Below are positions 16,532 through 16,999 of a stretch of 16,999 bases of DNA, piece after piece. The translations under genes were made by a program, and so were the position numbers. Each line of letters begins with the position of its first letter. Within the stretch, counting starts at the first letter, position 1. The stretch covers positions 1 through 16,999 of the forward strand of contig JBHHYI010000092.1 in NCBI GenBank assembly GCA_046757525.1. The letters are read 5' to 3'. This DNA comes from a bacterium (GTDB lineage Bacteria; Zhuqueibacterota; Zhuqueibacteria; Oceanimicrobiales; Oceanimicrobiaceae). The notes under the pieces were generated by a model. That model worked only from the letters and a program-made list of their open reading frames with translations. It was not told where the DNA came from and did not search any database.

Positions 16532-16560
16532 AAGCTAAGACATAAAAAAATCTTTGTCAA
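16532..16560 (-). promoter_or_regulatory. sigma70 promoter of the TA operon
   Basis: Minus TTGACA(16560-16555)-17nt-TAGCTT(16537-16532). Confidence 0.7.
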
Positions 16561-16661
16561 GTGATTTTCTGCAATGTTTTCACTACCACTGAAATAGGAA
16601 TTGCCTTTCTCTCTATTACCACCAGGAATGCCCACTCCAAACGGCCGGTAGCTAATTCCTT

Positions 16662-16757
16662 CTAAAAATCGAAAAGCAGGAGGTTGTACTCTGCCTCGCT
16701 CATGGCAAATTCCGGGTCGACGATTTTGATCTCCCGCCAGGTGAGGCCGTACCGCAT
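16662..16757 (-). pseudogene. gene 3'-end remnant containing direct repeat copy 2 (16686-16741); resembles the C-terminal tail of Eco57I/TaqI-like restriction-modification enzymes
   Basis: MRYGLTWREIKIVDPEFAMSEAEYNLLLFDF*. YGLTxxEIxIV recalls the LYGLTxEEIxIV tail of type IIG RM proteins (recognised by eye). Confidence 0.6.
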
Positions 16758-16765
16758 TACTATTC

Positions 16766-16918
16766 TCAACCATATTGACTCAGCATTTGACGTAAACGGT
16801 CTTCCCTCGCGACCACGGTCTGCACATAACGACACAAGCTTTCATATCGAAGTTTCAAGTTCGGATCGTATTCCCAGACCTCTTTCTCATCAATCAGTCT
16901 GAGAATCTTGCTCTTCAC
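16766..16918 (-). other. possible 50-aa ORF or gene fragment
   Basis: VKSKILRLIDEKEVWEYDPNLKLRYESLCRYVQTVVAREDRLRQMLSQYG*. Protein-like composition, frame open from 16945, no RBS, family not recognised. Confidence 0.3.
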
Positions 16919-16999
16919 AACATCGACGCCTGCACAACTTTTCAGTCACCCCTAACGGGGTTTTCTCGATGATGAATGGATGAATTGCTATAAACCTAT

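Noticed and set aside
15476..16741. Direct repeats as CRISPR repeats or IS ends
   Set aside because: Only two copies 1.2 kb apart, direct rather than inverted, with codon-like divergence and no cas or transposase gene.
14870..16956. GTTRRRY-like heptamers (e.g. minus-strand GTTATGC near 15370, GTTAGGG near 16950) suggesting integron cassettes
   Set aside because: I could not find paired R''/R' and L boxes forming attC hairpins, and there is no intI in the window.

Overview
Bacterial chromosomal window. The 16S 5' end and gene content suggest an FCB-affiliated lineage, which is an inference. Left: start of a 16S rRNA gene with its promoter and leader, tyrS, smpB (all minus strand) and a divergent tRNA-Leu(CAG). 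Next is the most striking feature, an apparent minus-strand operon of two tiny selenoproteins behind a sigma54-type promoter. One is an unannotated 54-aa membrane peptide with a UxxxxC motif, the other a FmdB-type zinc ribbon ending GFS-U-G. Each in-frame UGA is followed by a bacterial SECIS-like hairpin. Then come a SPOR/TolB-like lipoprotein and an unannotated 49-aa DUF5679-like zinc ribbon. A putative membrane/surface lipid-modification cluster follows: radical SAM/SPASM, nucleotidyltransferase, HAD phosphatase, an atypical CDP-alcohol phosphotransferase with a probable AUU start, a Wzx-like flippase, an MMPL transporter and a TPR lipoprotein. The right end is accessory DNA: a REP-like palindrome, an integrase-SAM-like orphan, a promoter- and terminator-bounded ~70-nt RNA, a RelE/ParE toxin-antitoxin pair, and two 56-bp direct repeats that encode what looks like the C-terminal tail of a restriction-modification enzyme. 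All family calls come from motif recognition by eye, with no database searches.
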